Source of the DNA: Candidatus Bathyarchaeia archaeon
GTDB lineage: Archaea > Thermoproteota > Bathyarchaeia > Bathyarchaeales > Bathycorpusculaceae
Reading direction: 5' to 3'
DNA: 64,000 nucleotides
Assembly: GCA_038727135.1 (NCBI GenBank)
Contig: JAVYWL010000002.1
Span: forward strand, 32,001-96,000
The notes below the pieces were generated by a model, which searched no databases, was not told where the DNA came from, and saw only the letters and a program-made list of their open reading frames with translations. The translations under genes and the position numbers were made by a program. Of the stretch, positions 1 through 9,418 are shown piece after piece (position 1 is the first letter of the stretch; every line of letters begins with the position of its first letter).

Positions 1-141
1 ATAATAGAAATTCTATGCAAAAAATTTGGGGTTAAATTCGAGGAGAAAGGCCCCATAATCTTTTCGGAATGGGTGGATAAGCTAAGGGAAGCATATCTCT
101 TCAAGCTTTCAAAGTTAAAGGTTTTAGAGAGGCGGAGGTGA
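1..141 (+). CDS. 3' end of a truncated hypothetical protein (partial)
   Basis: Frame 1 is open from base 1 to TGA at 139-141 (IIEILCKKFGVKFEEKGPIIFSEWVDKLREAY...RRR*) and ends 4 nt before the response regulator. Confidence 0.5.
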   Translation: MIEILCKKFGVKFEEKGPIIFSEWVDKLREAYLFKLSKLKVLERRR

Positions 142-145
142 AAAT

Positions 146-613
146 GTGAAGGAAAAGGCAAGCATCCTAATAGTGGACGACGACGTGGACATATGCAAAA
201 CATTAAGCCTGATCCTTGAAGGCGAAGGTTACAGCGTGGACGTGGCTAACACTGGGGCAGAGGCAATAGGAAAGTCAAAGGAAAAGGCCTACAACGTCGC
301 TTTGTTGGACATAGTGCTTCCAGACATGACTGGAACAGAACTCCTCAAAAAGCTCCATGAGACAACACCAAAAATGATAAAGATAATGGTGACAGGCTAC
401 CCAAACCTCCAAAATGCTGTTGAAGCCCTAAATTACAACGCGGACGCATACCTAATAAAGCCAGTAAACTACGAAAAGCTGCTAAAAGTGATCGAGAAAA
501 AACTGCAAAAACAGAGGGAAGAAGAAACCTTAACGGCAGAGAAAATCGCAGCTTTTGTTAAAATAAGAACCCAAAGGCTACTCCAAAAGTTAGAAAGCGA
601 GGAAAGCGAATAA
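146..613 (+). CDS. Single-domain response regulator (CheY-like receiver)
   Basis: ILIVDDD, LLDIVLPD (phospho-Asp), VTGY and IKP receiver motifs; GGAGG upstream of the GTG start. Confidence 0.92.
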   Translation: MKEKASILIVDDDVDICKTLSLILEGEGYSVDVANTGAEAIGKSKEKAYNVALLDIVLPDMTGTELLKKLHETTPKMIKIMVTGYPNLQNAVEALNYNADAYLIKPVNYEKLLKVIEKKLQKQREEETLTAEKIAAFVKIRTQRLLQKLESEESE

Positions 614-670
614 ACCACGGCGCAAACACCTTACGAATGGAAAACTTTTTAGCTAAAATTGGAGGGATGT

Positions 671-1981
671 TTATTTCAGTTTCTTTAATGCCTCTCTCGC
701 TTTTTCAACCGTGTAATGGATGTCATCCTCTGTGTGGGCAGCTGAAATGTGGCATCTCTTGTTAGGTTTCGGCAGGATAAAGACTCCACTTTTCATCATT
801 TCCCTTTGAAACTTCATGAAAAGCTCATTATTAGAGAATGTGTCCCTATAATTGGTGATTTGCTTCTTCGTAAATACTATTTGGAAGATGGACCCAAAGC
901 CCACAACTTGAGCTTCAATTTTTAATTGGTCAATGACTTCGTTGAGTTCATTTCTAATTTCCTCTCCAAGCTTAAAGAGATGCTTGTGCGCCTCATTCCT
1001 CTCCAACTCTTCTATCGTTGCAAGGGTGGCAGCCATGGATACGGGATTGCTGTTGAAGGTGCCTCCATAGTCAACATTACCCGTAGGCCTAAAATATTCC
1101 ATGATTTCTTTTCTTCCACAGACTGCCGCCACGGGGAATCCGTTTGCCATGGCTTTAGCGAATGTTGTTAGGTCTGGCGTGACGTTGAAGATTTTTTGGG
1201 CTCCACCCAAGTGATGACGAAAGCCGGTAACCACCTCGTCAAAGATTAATACGATTCCATATTCTTCGGTGATTTCCCTCAAAAATTTTAGGAAACCCTC
1301 CTTTGGAGGAATGCAGGTGGCGCTGCCATGGAGAATCGGCTCAGTTATTAGTGCCGCTATCTCATCGTGGTGCCTCCTTATTGTTTTTTCCACAATTTCT
1401 TGGTCATTAAAGGGGACGACAATTACCTGCTTTGCCGTTTCTGGGGGGATGCCTGCTGTGTCCGGAACTGGATTTGGGTGTTCTACTGGTCCTGCCTCTT
1501 TTAGTGTTGGGTTTGTGCTGAAGGACACTATGTCGTGCCATCCATGGTAGGCACCCTCAAATTTTACAATTTTGCTTCTGCCAGTGTAAGCCCTTGCTAA
1601 TCGTATAGCGTGGTAAGTGGCTTCCGTTCCCGTATTACAAAATCTGATCATTTGGGCTGAGGGGACATGAGCCGCAATTTTCTTGGCAACTTCAACCTCC
1701 AACTCGTTACAGAGACCATAAATCACGCCTTTATCCAACTGCCTTTTAACGGCGGCTGAAACTCTCGGATGGGTGTGTCCCAAGATTACTGGTCCAAAAG
1801 CCAGATGATAATCTATGTACTGGTTGCCGTCCGCATCCCAAATCTTTGAGCCTTTAGCCATTGATATGAAAAGGGGGTAAGGTTCAAAATACCGTAGTGC
1901 GCTGTGGACGCCTCCAGGTGTAAGTTTTCTTGCCTCTTCAAAAAGCATCTTTGACCTTTCTGTCCCTTTCATGCTTATCAT
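671..1981 (-). CDS. Class III PLP aminotransferase, GSA-aminomutase-like (possibly 3-aminobutyryl-CoA aminotransferase-like)
   Basis: PGGVHS, DADGNQYIDY, GAYHGWHD, FDEVVTGFR, TFAKAMANG (PLP Lys) and GTFNSNP motifs; ATGA overlap with the BKACE gene. Confidence 0.85.
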   Translation of the reverse strand: MISMKGTERSKMLFEEARKLTPGGVHSALRYFEPYPLFISMAKGSKIWDADGNQYIDYHLAFGPVILGHTHPRVSAAVKRQLDKGVIYGLCNELEVEVAKKIAAHVPSAQMIRFCNTGTEATYHAIRLARAYTGRSKIVKFEGAYHGWHDIVSFSTNPTLKEAGPVEHPNPVPDTAGIPPETAKQVIVVPFNDQEIVEKTIRRHHDEIAALITEPILHGSATCIPPKEGFLKFLREITEEYGIVLIFDEVVTGFRHHLGGAQKIFNVTPDLTTFAKAMANGFPVAAVCGRKEIMEYFRPTGNVDYGGTFNSNPVSMAATLATIEELERNEAHKHLFKLGEEIRNELNEVIDQLKIEAQVVGFGSIFQIVFTKKQITNYRDTFSNNELFMKFQREMMKSGVFILPKPNKRCHISAAHTEDDIHYTVEKAREALKKLK

Positions 1982-2811
1982 CTCAAGATTTTTTGGGGGA
2001 GTCCGAGGAGTTTTCTAGCCTCGCTGGGGGTGGCTATTTCTATGCCCAGCTCCTTTGCTATTCTAACAACCTTAGCCACTAATTCGGCATTGCTTTTGGC
2101 TAGGACGCCCTTGGCGAGGTAGATGTTGTCTTCCATTCCAACTCGGACGTCTCCTCCCAAAATCATTCCAAGCGTTAGAAGTTTAAATTGAACTTTGCCA
2201 CCGACGGCTATGACGTTCCACCTACAGTTTTGCGGTAAAGCCTTCACCATATGCATGAGGTTTTCCGGCGTAGCCGGAATCCCGCCCCTAACACCCAAAA
2301 CTAGTCCAAACCTAAGGGGTTCTTTTAATAACCCTTTTTCAAACAATTGAAGTGCCAGGTTTATGTGTCCAACATCATAGCATTCAATTTCTGGTTTTAT
2401 GTTTCTCTCAAGCATCATTTTCGCAATTTTTTCCACAACATCTGGGGGGTTTAGGAATACGCTGTTGCCGAAGGTCATGGTGGCCACGTTAAGCGATGCA
2501 AATTCAGGGTTTAGCTCAAGGGCGCACATCCTTTGCTCCAAAGAAATTCCATAGGGTCCACCGCCTCCTGTGGTAAGTTGAATAATCATGTCACATTTTT
2601 CTCTGATTCTTTCAACAACTTCGCGGTACAAATTAACGTCTGGGTATGGTTCCTTGGTTTTTGGGTTTCTAACGTGTATGTGAGCGACTGCTGCTCCAGC
2701 TTCGTAGGCTTTCACAGCTTCTTCGGCTATTTGCTCTGGGGTTATTGGCAGGTAAGGTGTCTCCTTCCACATTGGACCAGAACCTGTTGGAGCTACCGTT
2801 ATTATCATCAT
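1978..2811 (-). CDS. Beta-keto acid cleavage enzyme (BKACE/DUF849, Kce family)
   Basis: LPITPEQIA, AGAAVAHIHVR, KPEIECYD and RVGMEDN motifs. Confidence 0.92.
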   Translation of the reverse strand: MMIITVAPTGSGPMWKETPYLPITPEQIAEEAVKAYEAGAAVAHIHVRNPKTKEPYPDVNLYREVVERIREKCDMIIQLTTGGGGPYGISLEQRMCALELNPEFASLNVATMTFGNSVFLNPPDVVEKIAKMMLERNIKPEIECYDVGHINLALQLFEKGLLKEPLRFGLVLGVRGGIPATPENLMHMVKALPQNCRWNVIAVGGKVQFKLLTLGMILGGDVRVGMEDNIYLAKGVLAKSNAELVAKVVRIAKELGIEIATPSEARKLLGLPQKILR

Positions 2812-2970
2812 GTTTTATCACAACACTACTCTTTGCCACTAGATGCCATAAACTTTGTCTTTTAGCTAAGGAGTGCAATTTTTATGGTCACTAAAAAATA
2901 AACTATAGGTTGAAAATCAATAACAAAGCTTAAAAAGAAATCCAAATGTAACTGAAGAAAGGGGAAGGTT

Positions 2971-4563
2971 TTGGCTGAAGTTAAGTTCGCCTTCCCAAGA
3001 AAGGCGACAGGGCTTGTCAGAGAATTAGGCTGGTGGTCAGCATTCTCCGTTTCCCTCAGCTACACCATTGGCAGCGGAATAAACTATTGGTCTGTGCAGG
3101 CTGCATATTGGCATCCAGGCTCAATAATCCCACTTGCATACATTATTGGCGCTTTACCAGCGATCTTCTTGGCCTACGTGATTACCGAAATGGGAATAAT
3201 GATGCCTAGGTCCGGAGGAAGTTACATATACGTATCAAGAGTGTTAGATCCTCACGTAGGCTTTCTAGGAGACTGGTTATACTTCGTAGCCAACAACTTT
3301 GCTACCGGAGTGTTGGCTGTAATCGGCGCTGGATTCTGGGTTAAAATGATTAACCTGCTGGGTTATGCCACCAATAATCCTGACTGGATTGCCTTCACGC
3401 TGGACAATGTGGGGTTAGGCATAATAGCCGTAGTAATAGTTACGATTTATACGCTGTTGTCATTGCTGGGCATAAGAGTGTTTAGATGGTACGTAGCGGG
3501 ACTAGTTGCCATAGGCATAGTAGGAAGCTTTCTCGGGGTTGCCGCCACCTTCTATGGAATTATGAATCCGGCTTACGTGAAGGAAGCTTGGAATTTAACG
3601 TATGGTGCAGGTTCATGGGAACAAGTGCAACAAGTAGCCATAGACAATGGTTGGGCTGATTATGTTACAACCGCCACCAAAGAGGCTGGCGGCACCGGGG
3701 GAGCAACCATACTCAATTTCGTGGACACTTTCTGGGCATACTGGGGAACAACAGCGGCATGCTATTTCGGCGGAGAAATGAAATCTCCAAAGACAGGCTT
3801 CATAGTGGGCGTTTTTGCCGCCACACTATTCGTAATGTTCTGGTATGTCTTAACAGTCATCGGCGTATATACAGCCTACGGAGACTTTGTCAGCCAATAC
3901 TGTTACGTCTATGGAGAAGGATACACGGATCAGGTGACAGCGATGACTATGTTGGATCCAAGTTTACCACTATTCACAGTGCCACTAGCGCATGGGCAGG
4001 TTTGGCTTCAAGCAATATTTGCCTTTATTCCAGCCATGTGGATTTCCAACTGCTCAGGGTCAACTCTACTTGTGGGTCCAAGGCAACCTTTCGCATGGGC
4101 CTTTGACAGATTCTTCCCAGAAGCCTTCAACCGCGTGAATGAGCGTTTCCACTCACCCCACTGGGCAATCATATTGACTGCGTTGATCGCCTACTTATTC
4201 ATACCATTAAGCCTCGGCAACGTTTTCGTGGCAACAGTGGATGCAACATTCATCTTCATCCTCAGCCAACTTCTCATAGCCTTTGCAGGTGTAATATTGC
4301 CTTATAGACGCCCGGACATCTGGGAGAGAGGGTTTAAGGCCACCTTTGCCGGCATACCAGTAATAAGCTTATGTGGCGCCTTAGCAATCTTCTTCTGGAC
4401 TTGGGGATTAGCAGTAGCTGCATCTTGGCTAACCGCTTGGGGAATGGCCTACTTGGCCTTATGGGTTTTCGTTGGCTCCCTCATATGGTTTGCTTATGCA
4501 GAGCGCAACAGAAGGATAGGCATTGCACTACAAGACATATATGGTGAAATACCACCAGCGTAA
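2971..4563 (+). CDS. APC-family amino acid/amine permease
   Basis: About 12 hydrophobic segments; RKATGLVRE, MPRSGGSYIY, GGEMKSP, AWAFDRFFP and C-terminal EIPP motifs. Confidence 0.88.
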   Translation: MAEVKFAFPRKATGLVRELGWWSAFSVSLSYTIGSGINYWSVQAAYWHPGSIIPLAYIIGALPAIFLAYVITEMGIMMPRSGGSYIYVSRVLDPHVGFLGDWLYFVANNFATGVLAVIGAGFWVKMINLLGYATNNPDWIAFTLDNVGLGIIAVVIVTIYTLLSLLGIRVFRWYVAGLVAIGIVGSFLGVAATFYGIMNPAYVKEAWNLTYGAGSWEQVQQVAIDNGWADYVTTATKEAGGTGGATILNFVDTFWAYWGTTAACYFGGEMKSPKTGFIVGVFAATLFVMFWYVLTVIGVYTAYGDFVSQYCYVYGEGYTDQVTAMTMLDPSLPLFTVPLAHGQVWLQAIFAFIPAMWISNCSGSTLLVGPRQPFAWAFDRFFPEAFNRVNERFHSPHWAIILTALIAYLFIPLSLGNVFVATVDATFIFILSQLLIAFAGVILPYRRPDIWERGFKATFAGIPVISLCGALAIFFWTWGLAVAASWLTAWGMAYLALWVFVGSLIWFAYAERNRRIGIALQDIYGEIPPA

Positions 4564-4570
4564 ACTTTAG

Positions 4571-5269
4571 TTACCCACCTTTTTCTTTAATTTTGGCATC
4601 AACTATTGCAAGGTAATACCCATGCAAAATTCCAGGTTTCTTAATCACCCTTATCCCTTCATAATCAATCCTCTGCAGCTTAATCTTATAATCTTCCGGT
4701 TTTAACCCATACTTCTCAATGGTTGATTTCAATTTGTCAATGTGATGTTGAACAGCCTCCTTTAACCTTCTCTTTGTAGCTTCCTCCTCTTTGACGCCGC
4801 CTTCCTCGGCAATTTTTTTAAGCTCATATTTTGTTAAGCTCAACATAAGCAAAGTTACATCCGCTAGGATGAAAAGCAAAATTATGCTTGGGAAGGACAA
4901 GAAAGTCCAATAAATCCATATAAAACCGGGAGGAAAAGTTACGCCCCTCTGCAATAAAATGGCTAAAACAACCACAATCATGAAATAGATTAATGTGACA
5001 AAATTTAAGATCTTGTTTACCCTTATCATTTTTCTAAGCTTGCCAGACTGCCCTATTTTCTTCAAAACTTTTTGGGTTTCTTTACTGAAGTATTTCAGAT
5101 ATGCCGAGTTTAAACTGACCGTTTTGGTTTTCGCCAACAACTCTTTTGGATCGTGAATTGAAGCGCTTCTTAAACCATCAAAGTAGCTAATTACAGAAAC
5201 CAGCTCACTCGATATTTTCTGAGCCTTCTTTACATCCTCCTCAGTCCATTTCACTCTAGCCGACCCCAA
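4571..5269 (-). CDS. Hypothetical membrane protein (2 TM)
   Basis: 232-aa ORF with two central hydrophobic helices, co-oriented downstream of the nucleotidyltransferase-like gene. Confidence 0.75.
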   Translation of the reverse strand: MGSARVKWTEEDVKKAQKISSELVSVISYFDGLRSASIHDPKELLAKTKTVSLNSAYLKYFSKETQKVLKKIGQSGKLRKMIRVNKILNFVTLIYFMIVVVLAILLQRGVTFPPGFIWIYWTFLSFPSIILLFILADVTLLMLSLTKYELKKIAEEGGVKEEEATKRRLKEAVQHHIDKLKSTIEKYGLKPEDYKIKLQRIDYEGIRVIKKPGILHGYYLAIVDAKIKEKGG

Positions 5270-5332
5270 ACCTTACACTAACAACATTAGTACAAATGTG
5301 TAGGATAAGATTATTAAGACTTAGTTGGGAGT

Positions 5333-6121
5333 TTACAACCTAACTTCTTTATACCACTTTTTCTTTGTTCCAACTTGTGCTCTCTTCAACCAATCCTTGG
5401 TTTTGGGCTCCTCATCAATATACTTCAAGATTTGGTCGATCTTTGAGGTCACATCGGCAATATCTTCTGCAGTAAGTTGCTGGTACATGGGGCAGGCAGC
5501 CCTAACCTTTTTCAAGTTGGTTGTGGCTGTGTACCAGAATCCCCAATCGTTTGCAAACAGCTTAGCCATGTATTTGGCATTAATTGTTTCCGGCGCGTCA
5601 GTATCGCCAATTTTGTGGTCCCTCAGGAGGACTATGACGTCTTTGGCGTCTTTCTCTGTGAATTCCACTATTTCCAGTTTGGTTAGCAGCAAGTCGACCA
5701 ATGAGGCTGTTGGATAGTCTAGGTGGAACCTGTTTCGAAAGTCTACCTTGTGGCATAGATCTAACGCGTCATAGAAAATGTCAATGTCAACTTTCCCTCT
5801 ATAAACCTGGCGATTTCTCGTTCCAACACCACTTGTGAAGAAAAAGATGTAGGAGTCGAACTTCCAACCCCTCGTCTCAAAAAACTTTCTGATTTTCGCT
5901 CTTTCTTTATCCGGGGCGACAAAATCTATGTCTGGAAACTCTTGTCCCTCAATTCTCTTCAGCCTTTTGTGAAGGTCAATTGCCATGGGAGACGAGTGAA
6001 TTCTAATCGCTGGGCCGCCTATCAGCCTTAACGTGAGCCCTTCCTTTTTTGCCTCCTCCACTAAGTCTATGGCCAGTTTTACAATTTCCTCGGATGGCAC
6101 TTGCTTCTTTTCCTTCTCCAT
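5333..6121 (-). CDS. Pol-beta-superfamily nucleotidyltransferase-like protein
   Basis: LIGG..AIR..H, DIDF, a third acidic strand (VDIDIF) and a helical tail LLLTK...KDAKD. Confidence 0.65.
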   Translation of the reverse strand: MEKEKKQVPSEEIVKLAIDLVEEAKKEGLTLRLIGGPAIRIHSSPMAIDLHKRLKRIEGQEFPDIDFVAPDKERAKIRKFFETRGWKFDSYIFFFTSGVGTRNRQVYRGKVDIDIFYDALDLCHKVDFRNRFHLDYPTASLVDLLLTKLEIVEFTEKDAKDVIVLLRDHKIGDTDAPETINAKYMAKLFANDWGFWYTATTNLKKVRAACPMYQQLTAEDIADVTSKIDQILKYIDEEPKTKDWLKRAQVGTKKKWYKEVRL

Positions 6122-6124
6122 TAA

Positions 6125-7084
6125 TCATCCCTCCACCTTCCACCATTTCTCAATGCCATCTTTTGTGAGGTCGATGATGAAGCCTCTAAGCACCCCTTCG
6201 CTGTATTCTGAACCGGGGTTTATGGCTAAGGTTTTTCCTATATAGTCTGAAGCATAGGATTCATGGATGTGACCGTGCAAACTTAAGAGGGGCTGATTCT
6301 CCTCAATAAATCTTCGTATGGCTTTGCTGCCTACATTATCATAAATTATTCTTCCTAGGAAGACAACTGGCTTCAAGTTCTTATCCAGTTTTGGAGCCAA
6401 ATCCAGTTTGGTGCAATATGGTGGACAGTGGAAATTTAGGATAACTTTCCTCCAGTCGCCGGAGAACATGTTCTTTATCCTTTCCAGCTTTTTCCATAAC
6501 TCCTCTTCTGGAGCCTCTCGAGGCGTGTCCCATGGTGTAGGGTTAACCCATTCAAAACTTAGCATTTCATAGTCTAGGCATATGTTGACAACCTTTTCCA
6601 GCGGGTATATAACACGGTCCTCGTGGGCCTTTATCAATTCGTCAATTTCAAATGAGTCGTCATTTCCAGGCATCATAACAACGGTGACGTCTTTGGGCAG
6701 TTTTTCATCAATCATGTTAAGCCATCTTTGAAGTCTCTCTTTCATGTAACCGCGGAATAATTCGTCAACCCTTTTTGGATTCTTCATAAGCTCGTCATAC
6801 TCGTCTTGGCTGCAAACATGAGTGTAAAATCCGCTGAAAGTAATCTTATCAATTAGCTTTTTTAGTTCGTCTTCGCCGCTGGCGTTTATCCATCGCCCAT
6901 AAACCATGGTCTTGTATCGGCCGGGGCTTTCCTCAATTATTGGTATTATGAGTTTTCCAGTTAAATCTCCACACAACAATAGAACATTTGCCTTATACAC
7001 TTTGGGGATTGAGAGCCACTTTCGCCAAACCATTTCGCTTCCGTGTATGTCTACGGCATGAAAGAGTCTAACTTTTTCAGCCAT
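6125..7084 (-). CDS. Calcineurin-like metallophosphoesterase (Icc-related)
   Basis: DIHGS, GDLTG, PGNDD, HCPP and HGHIHES motifs. Confidence 0.88.
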   Translation of the reverse strand: MAEKVRLFHAVDIHGSEMVWRKWLSIPKVYKANVLLLCGDLTGKLIIPIIEESPGRYKTMVYGRWINASGEDELKKLIDKITFSGFYTHVCSQDEYDELMKNPKRVDELFRGYMKERLQRWLNMIDEKLPKDVTVVMMPGNDDSFEIDELIKAHEDRVIYPLEKVVNICLDYEMLSFEWVNPTPWDTPREAPEEELWKKLERIKNMFSGDWRKVILNFHCPPYCTKLDLAPKLDKNLKPVVFLGRIIYDNVGSKAIRRFIEENQPLLSLHGHIHESYASDYIGKTLAINPGSEYSEGVLRGFIIDLTKDGIEKWWKVEG

Positions 7085-7215
7085 TGCAAGACCTAGGAAA
7101 TGCTTTACCCTTATCGTATATTTACCTTACTCTTTTTAAAGCAACATCAAGGTTCACTTCTGAAAATTTTATATGCAAATACATGCAATTTGATTTGATA
7201 CTCAAGGTGGAATCT

Positions 7216-7866
7216 ATGAAAGAAGAAGTCCTAAATAAACTGATGAACGCGGTCCTAAGCTATGACCCGGAAGCCGCTGTTAAAGCTGCGGAAGAAGCCC
7301 TCCAAAAAGGCGTAGACCCCGTTGAGGCCATTGAAGAAGGTCTAGCCAAAGGGGTAAGAATTGTCGGAGAGCGGTTCGGCGCCGGAGAAGCCTTTTTAAC
7401 AGAGCTTGTAATAGCCGCGGAAGCCATGAAACAAGCCCTAAAAGTTCTCGAACCTGCAATTCTAAAAAGCGCTAGAGAAAAGAAAACTCTAGGCAGGGTT
7501 CTTATAGGCACGGTGGAAGGAGATATCCACGACATTGGAAAGAACATTGTAAGTACGCTTCTCATGGTGGCCGGCTTTGAGGTTATAGACATAGGAGTTG
7601 ACGTTCCAACCGAAAAGTTCGTAGAGAAAGTTAAAGAGGTTAAACCAGACATAGTTGGAATGTCCGCCCTAATGACCACCACTATGGCCAAAATGGCAGA
7701 GGTTATAGAAGCCCTAAAACGTGAAGGACTACGCGAAAAAGTTAAAGTGATAATAGGCGGGGCTCCCACATCCAAGAAGTGGGCCGAAGAAATAGGCGCC
7801 GACGGCCACGGCGGAGACGCCATAGAAGCTGTTGAAGTGGCAAAAAAGCTGGTGAAAGCCGCATAA
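7216..7866 (+). CDS. Methyltransferase cognate corrinoid protein (MttC/MtbC-like)
   Basis: B12-binding motifs GDIHDIGKNIV, SALMTTT and IIGGAP plus an N-terminal cap domain; start moved to ATG 7216 (AGGTGG upstream). Confidence 0.93.
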   Translation: MKEEVLNKLMNAVLSYDPEAAVKAAEEALQKGVDPVEAIEEGLAKGVRIVGERFGAGEAFLTELVIAAEAMKQALKVLEPAILKSAREKKTLGRVLIGTVEGDIHDIGKNIVSTLLMVAGFEVIDIGVDVPTEKFVEKVKEVKPDIVGMSALMTTTMAKMAEVIEALKREGLREKVKVIIGGAPTSKKWAEEIGADGHGGDAIEAVEVAKKLVKAA

Positions 7867-7910
7867 TCCAAGAGGCTGCTCGGTTACGTTTTGAAGGTTG
7901 AGGCTCTAAA

Positions 7911-9368
7911 ATGGTTTTTCCCAGAGAAAATCAGAGGGTAAAATTCTCCGTCCTTTCCAGAGAAGATTTAGAAACGATTCACAAAGCCACCTTAGAAGTT
8001 TTAGAGACAACAGGGCTTAGAATCACTAGCCAAAAGTGCCTCAGGATTCTTGAGGAAGGAGGCTGCAAGGTTGATTATAAAAGGCAGGTGGCATTTATCC
8101 CCTCTTATTTGGTTGAAGAAGCCTTGAGGAAAAAACAGAAGAGCATAACTCTCTGTGCCAGAAATCCAAAATATGATGCAGTTTTGGATGAAAATCATGT
8201 GTATATAACCACTGACGGGAATGGAACCCAAACTTACGACATGGAAACTGGGGAAAGGCGGACTTCAACAAAGGATGATATAGCCAAATCAGCCATAATT
8301 TCAGACGCCATTGACGTGGTGGACATATATTGGCCCATGGTAAGTGCCCAAGACTATCCAGCCCACGTTCGACATCTCCACGATCTTGAGGTTTCTTTAG
8401 CTAACACGGAAAAACATGTAACCTTCGAAACAACCATGTCGCCTAAAGAAGCTAGATATCAGATAGAAATTGCAGCGGCAGTTCTCGGAGACGAAGAGAA
8501 GCTAAGGAAGAGGCCCATAATCTCTTCCCTACACTGCACAAGCGCCCCACTTCAAATGGATGGAAACAGCATGGAAGCCGCCCTAGAATTTTCTAAAGCT
8601 GGCATTCCAGTGATGTTTTTTGGAATGCCCCAGCCGGGAGCCACGGGTCCTGTAACGCTTGCCGGTTCTTTGGTTGTGAATAATGCTGAAGTTTTGGGCT
8701 GTCTCACTCTAACTCAATTGGTTTGTCCAGGGGCTCCTGTCATTTATGGCGCTGGCATAGCGGTTTTTGATATGAAAACCTTAAAACGAGCTGGGGGAGG
8801 CCCGGAACACGGTTTAACCGGCGCCGCTGCCGGTGAGCTAGCAAGGTATTATGGTATGCCCTCTATTGTGGGAGGTTTTGTTTCAACGGCAAAGACTCCG
8901 GGAGCCCAAGCATGTTATGAAAAGTTTGCAAGCGGGTTTCCACCAGTTTTCTCCGGGTGCAGCATGATCGCCGGGGTAGGATTGCTTGATGACTGCACAA
9001 CCCTCGCCTTTGAAGAGATTCTAATAGACGCTGAAATTGTGAAGATAGTTTTCCGAATAGCCCAGGGAATAGAGGTTAACGACAACACATTAGCACTTGA
9101 TATTATCCGCAAAGTTGGTCCAGGCGGCAATTTCCTAGCCGAGAGACACACCCTTCAAAACTTGCGAAGGGAACATTTCATCCCCGAATTAACCGACAGG
9201 CGATCCTTCGAAGCGTGGATCAAGGATGGCGGGAAAGACCTGGTGAGGATAGCCAAGGAAAAGGTTAAGGTAATCCTTCAAACACACCAAGTTCAACCCT
9301 TAGAAAAGGATGTGCAAAAGGAAATCAAACGCATCATTGAAAGGGCTGAAAAGGATTTAGCTACCTAA
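7911..9368 (+). CDS. MttB-family (COG5598) non-pyrrolysine methyltransferase 1
   Basis: IHKATLEVLE, GATGPVTLAG, NAEVL, GGPE, AQACYEK and VGPGGNFL motifs; no in-frame TAG. Confidence 0.92.
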   Translation: MVFPRENQRVKFSVLSREDLETIHKATLEVLETTGLRITSQKCLRILEEGGCKVDYKRQVAFIPSYLVEEALRKKQKSITLCARNPKYDAVLDENHVYITTDGNGTQTYDMETGERRTSTKDDIAKSAIISDAIDVVDIYWPMVSAQDYPAHVRHLHDLEVSLANTEKHVTFETTMSPKEARYQIEIAAAVLGDEEKLRKRPIISSLHCTSAPLQMDGNSMEAALEFSKAGIPVMFFGMPQPGATGPVTLAGSLVVNNAEVLGCLTLTQLVCPGAPVIYGAGIAVFDMKTLKRAGGGPEHGLTGAAAGELARYYGMPSIVGGFVSTAKTPGAQACYEKFASGFPPVFSGCSMIAGVGLLDDCTTLAFEEILIDAEIVKIVFRIAQGIEVNDNTLALDIIRKVGPGGNFLAERHTLQNLRREHFIPELTDRRSFEAWIKDGGKDLVRIAKEKVKVILQTHQVQPLEKDVQKEIKRIIERAEKDLAT

Positions 9369-9418
9369 AAAGCTTATTAAAAACTTTGTTTGTTAAACGT
9401 TTCAAAAGGAGGAAAATT

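Noticed and set aside
671-1981. Calling this gene hemL
   Set aside because: There are no tetrapyrrole genes nearby and it is coupled to a BKACE, so the symbol was withheld.
7084-7215. N-terminal extension of the corrinoid protein
   Set aside because: It spans the divergent promoter region; the paralog and the ribosome-binding site support ATG 7216.
7260-7871. 203-aa antisense ORF and similar antisense ORFs (e.g. 13463..13750, 26424..26900, 37007..37831)
   Set aside because: These are shadow frames opposite well-supported genes and carry no motifs.
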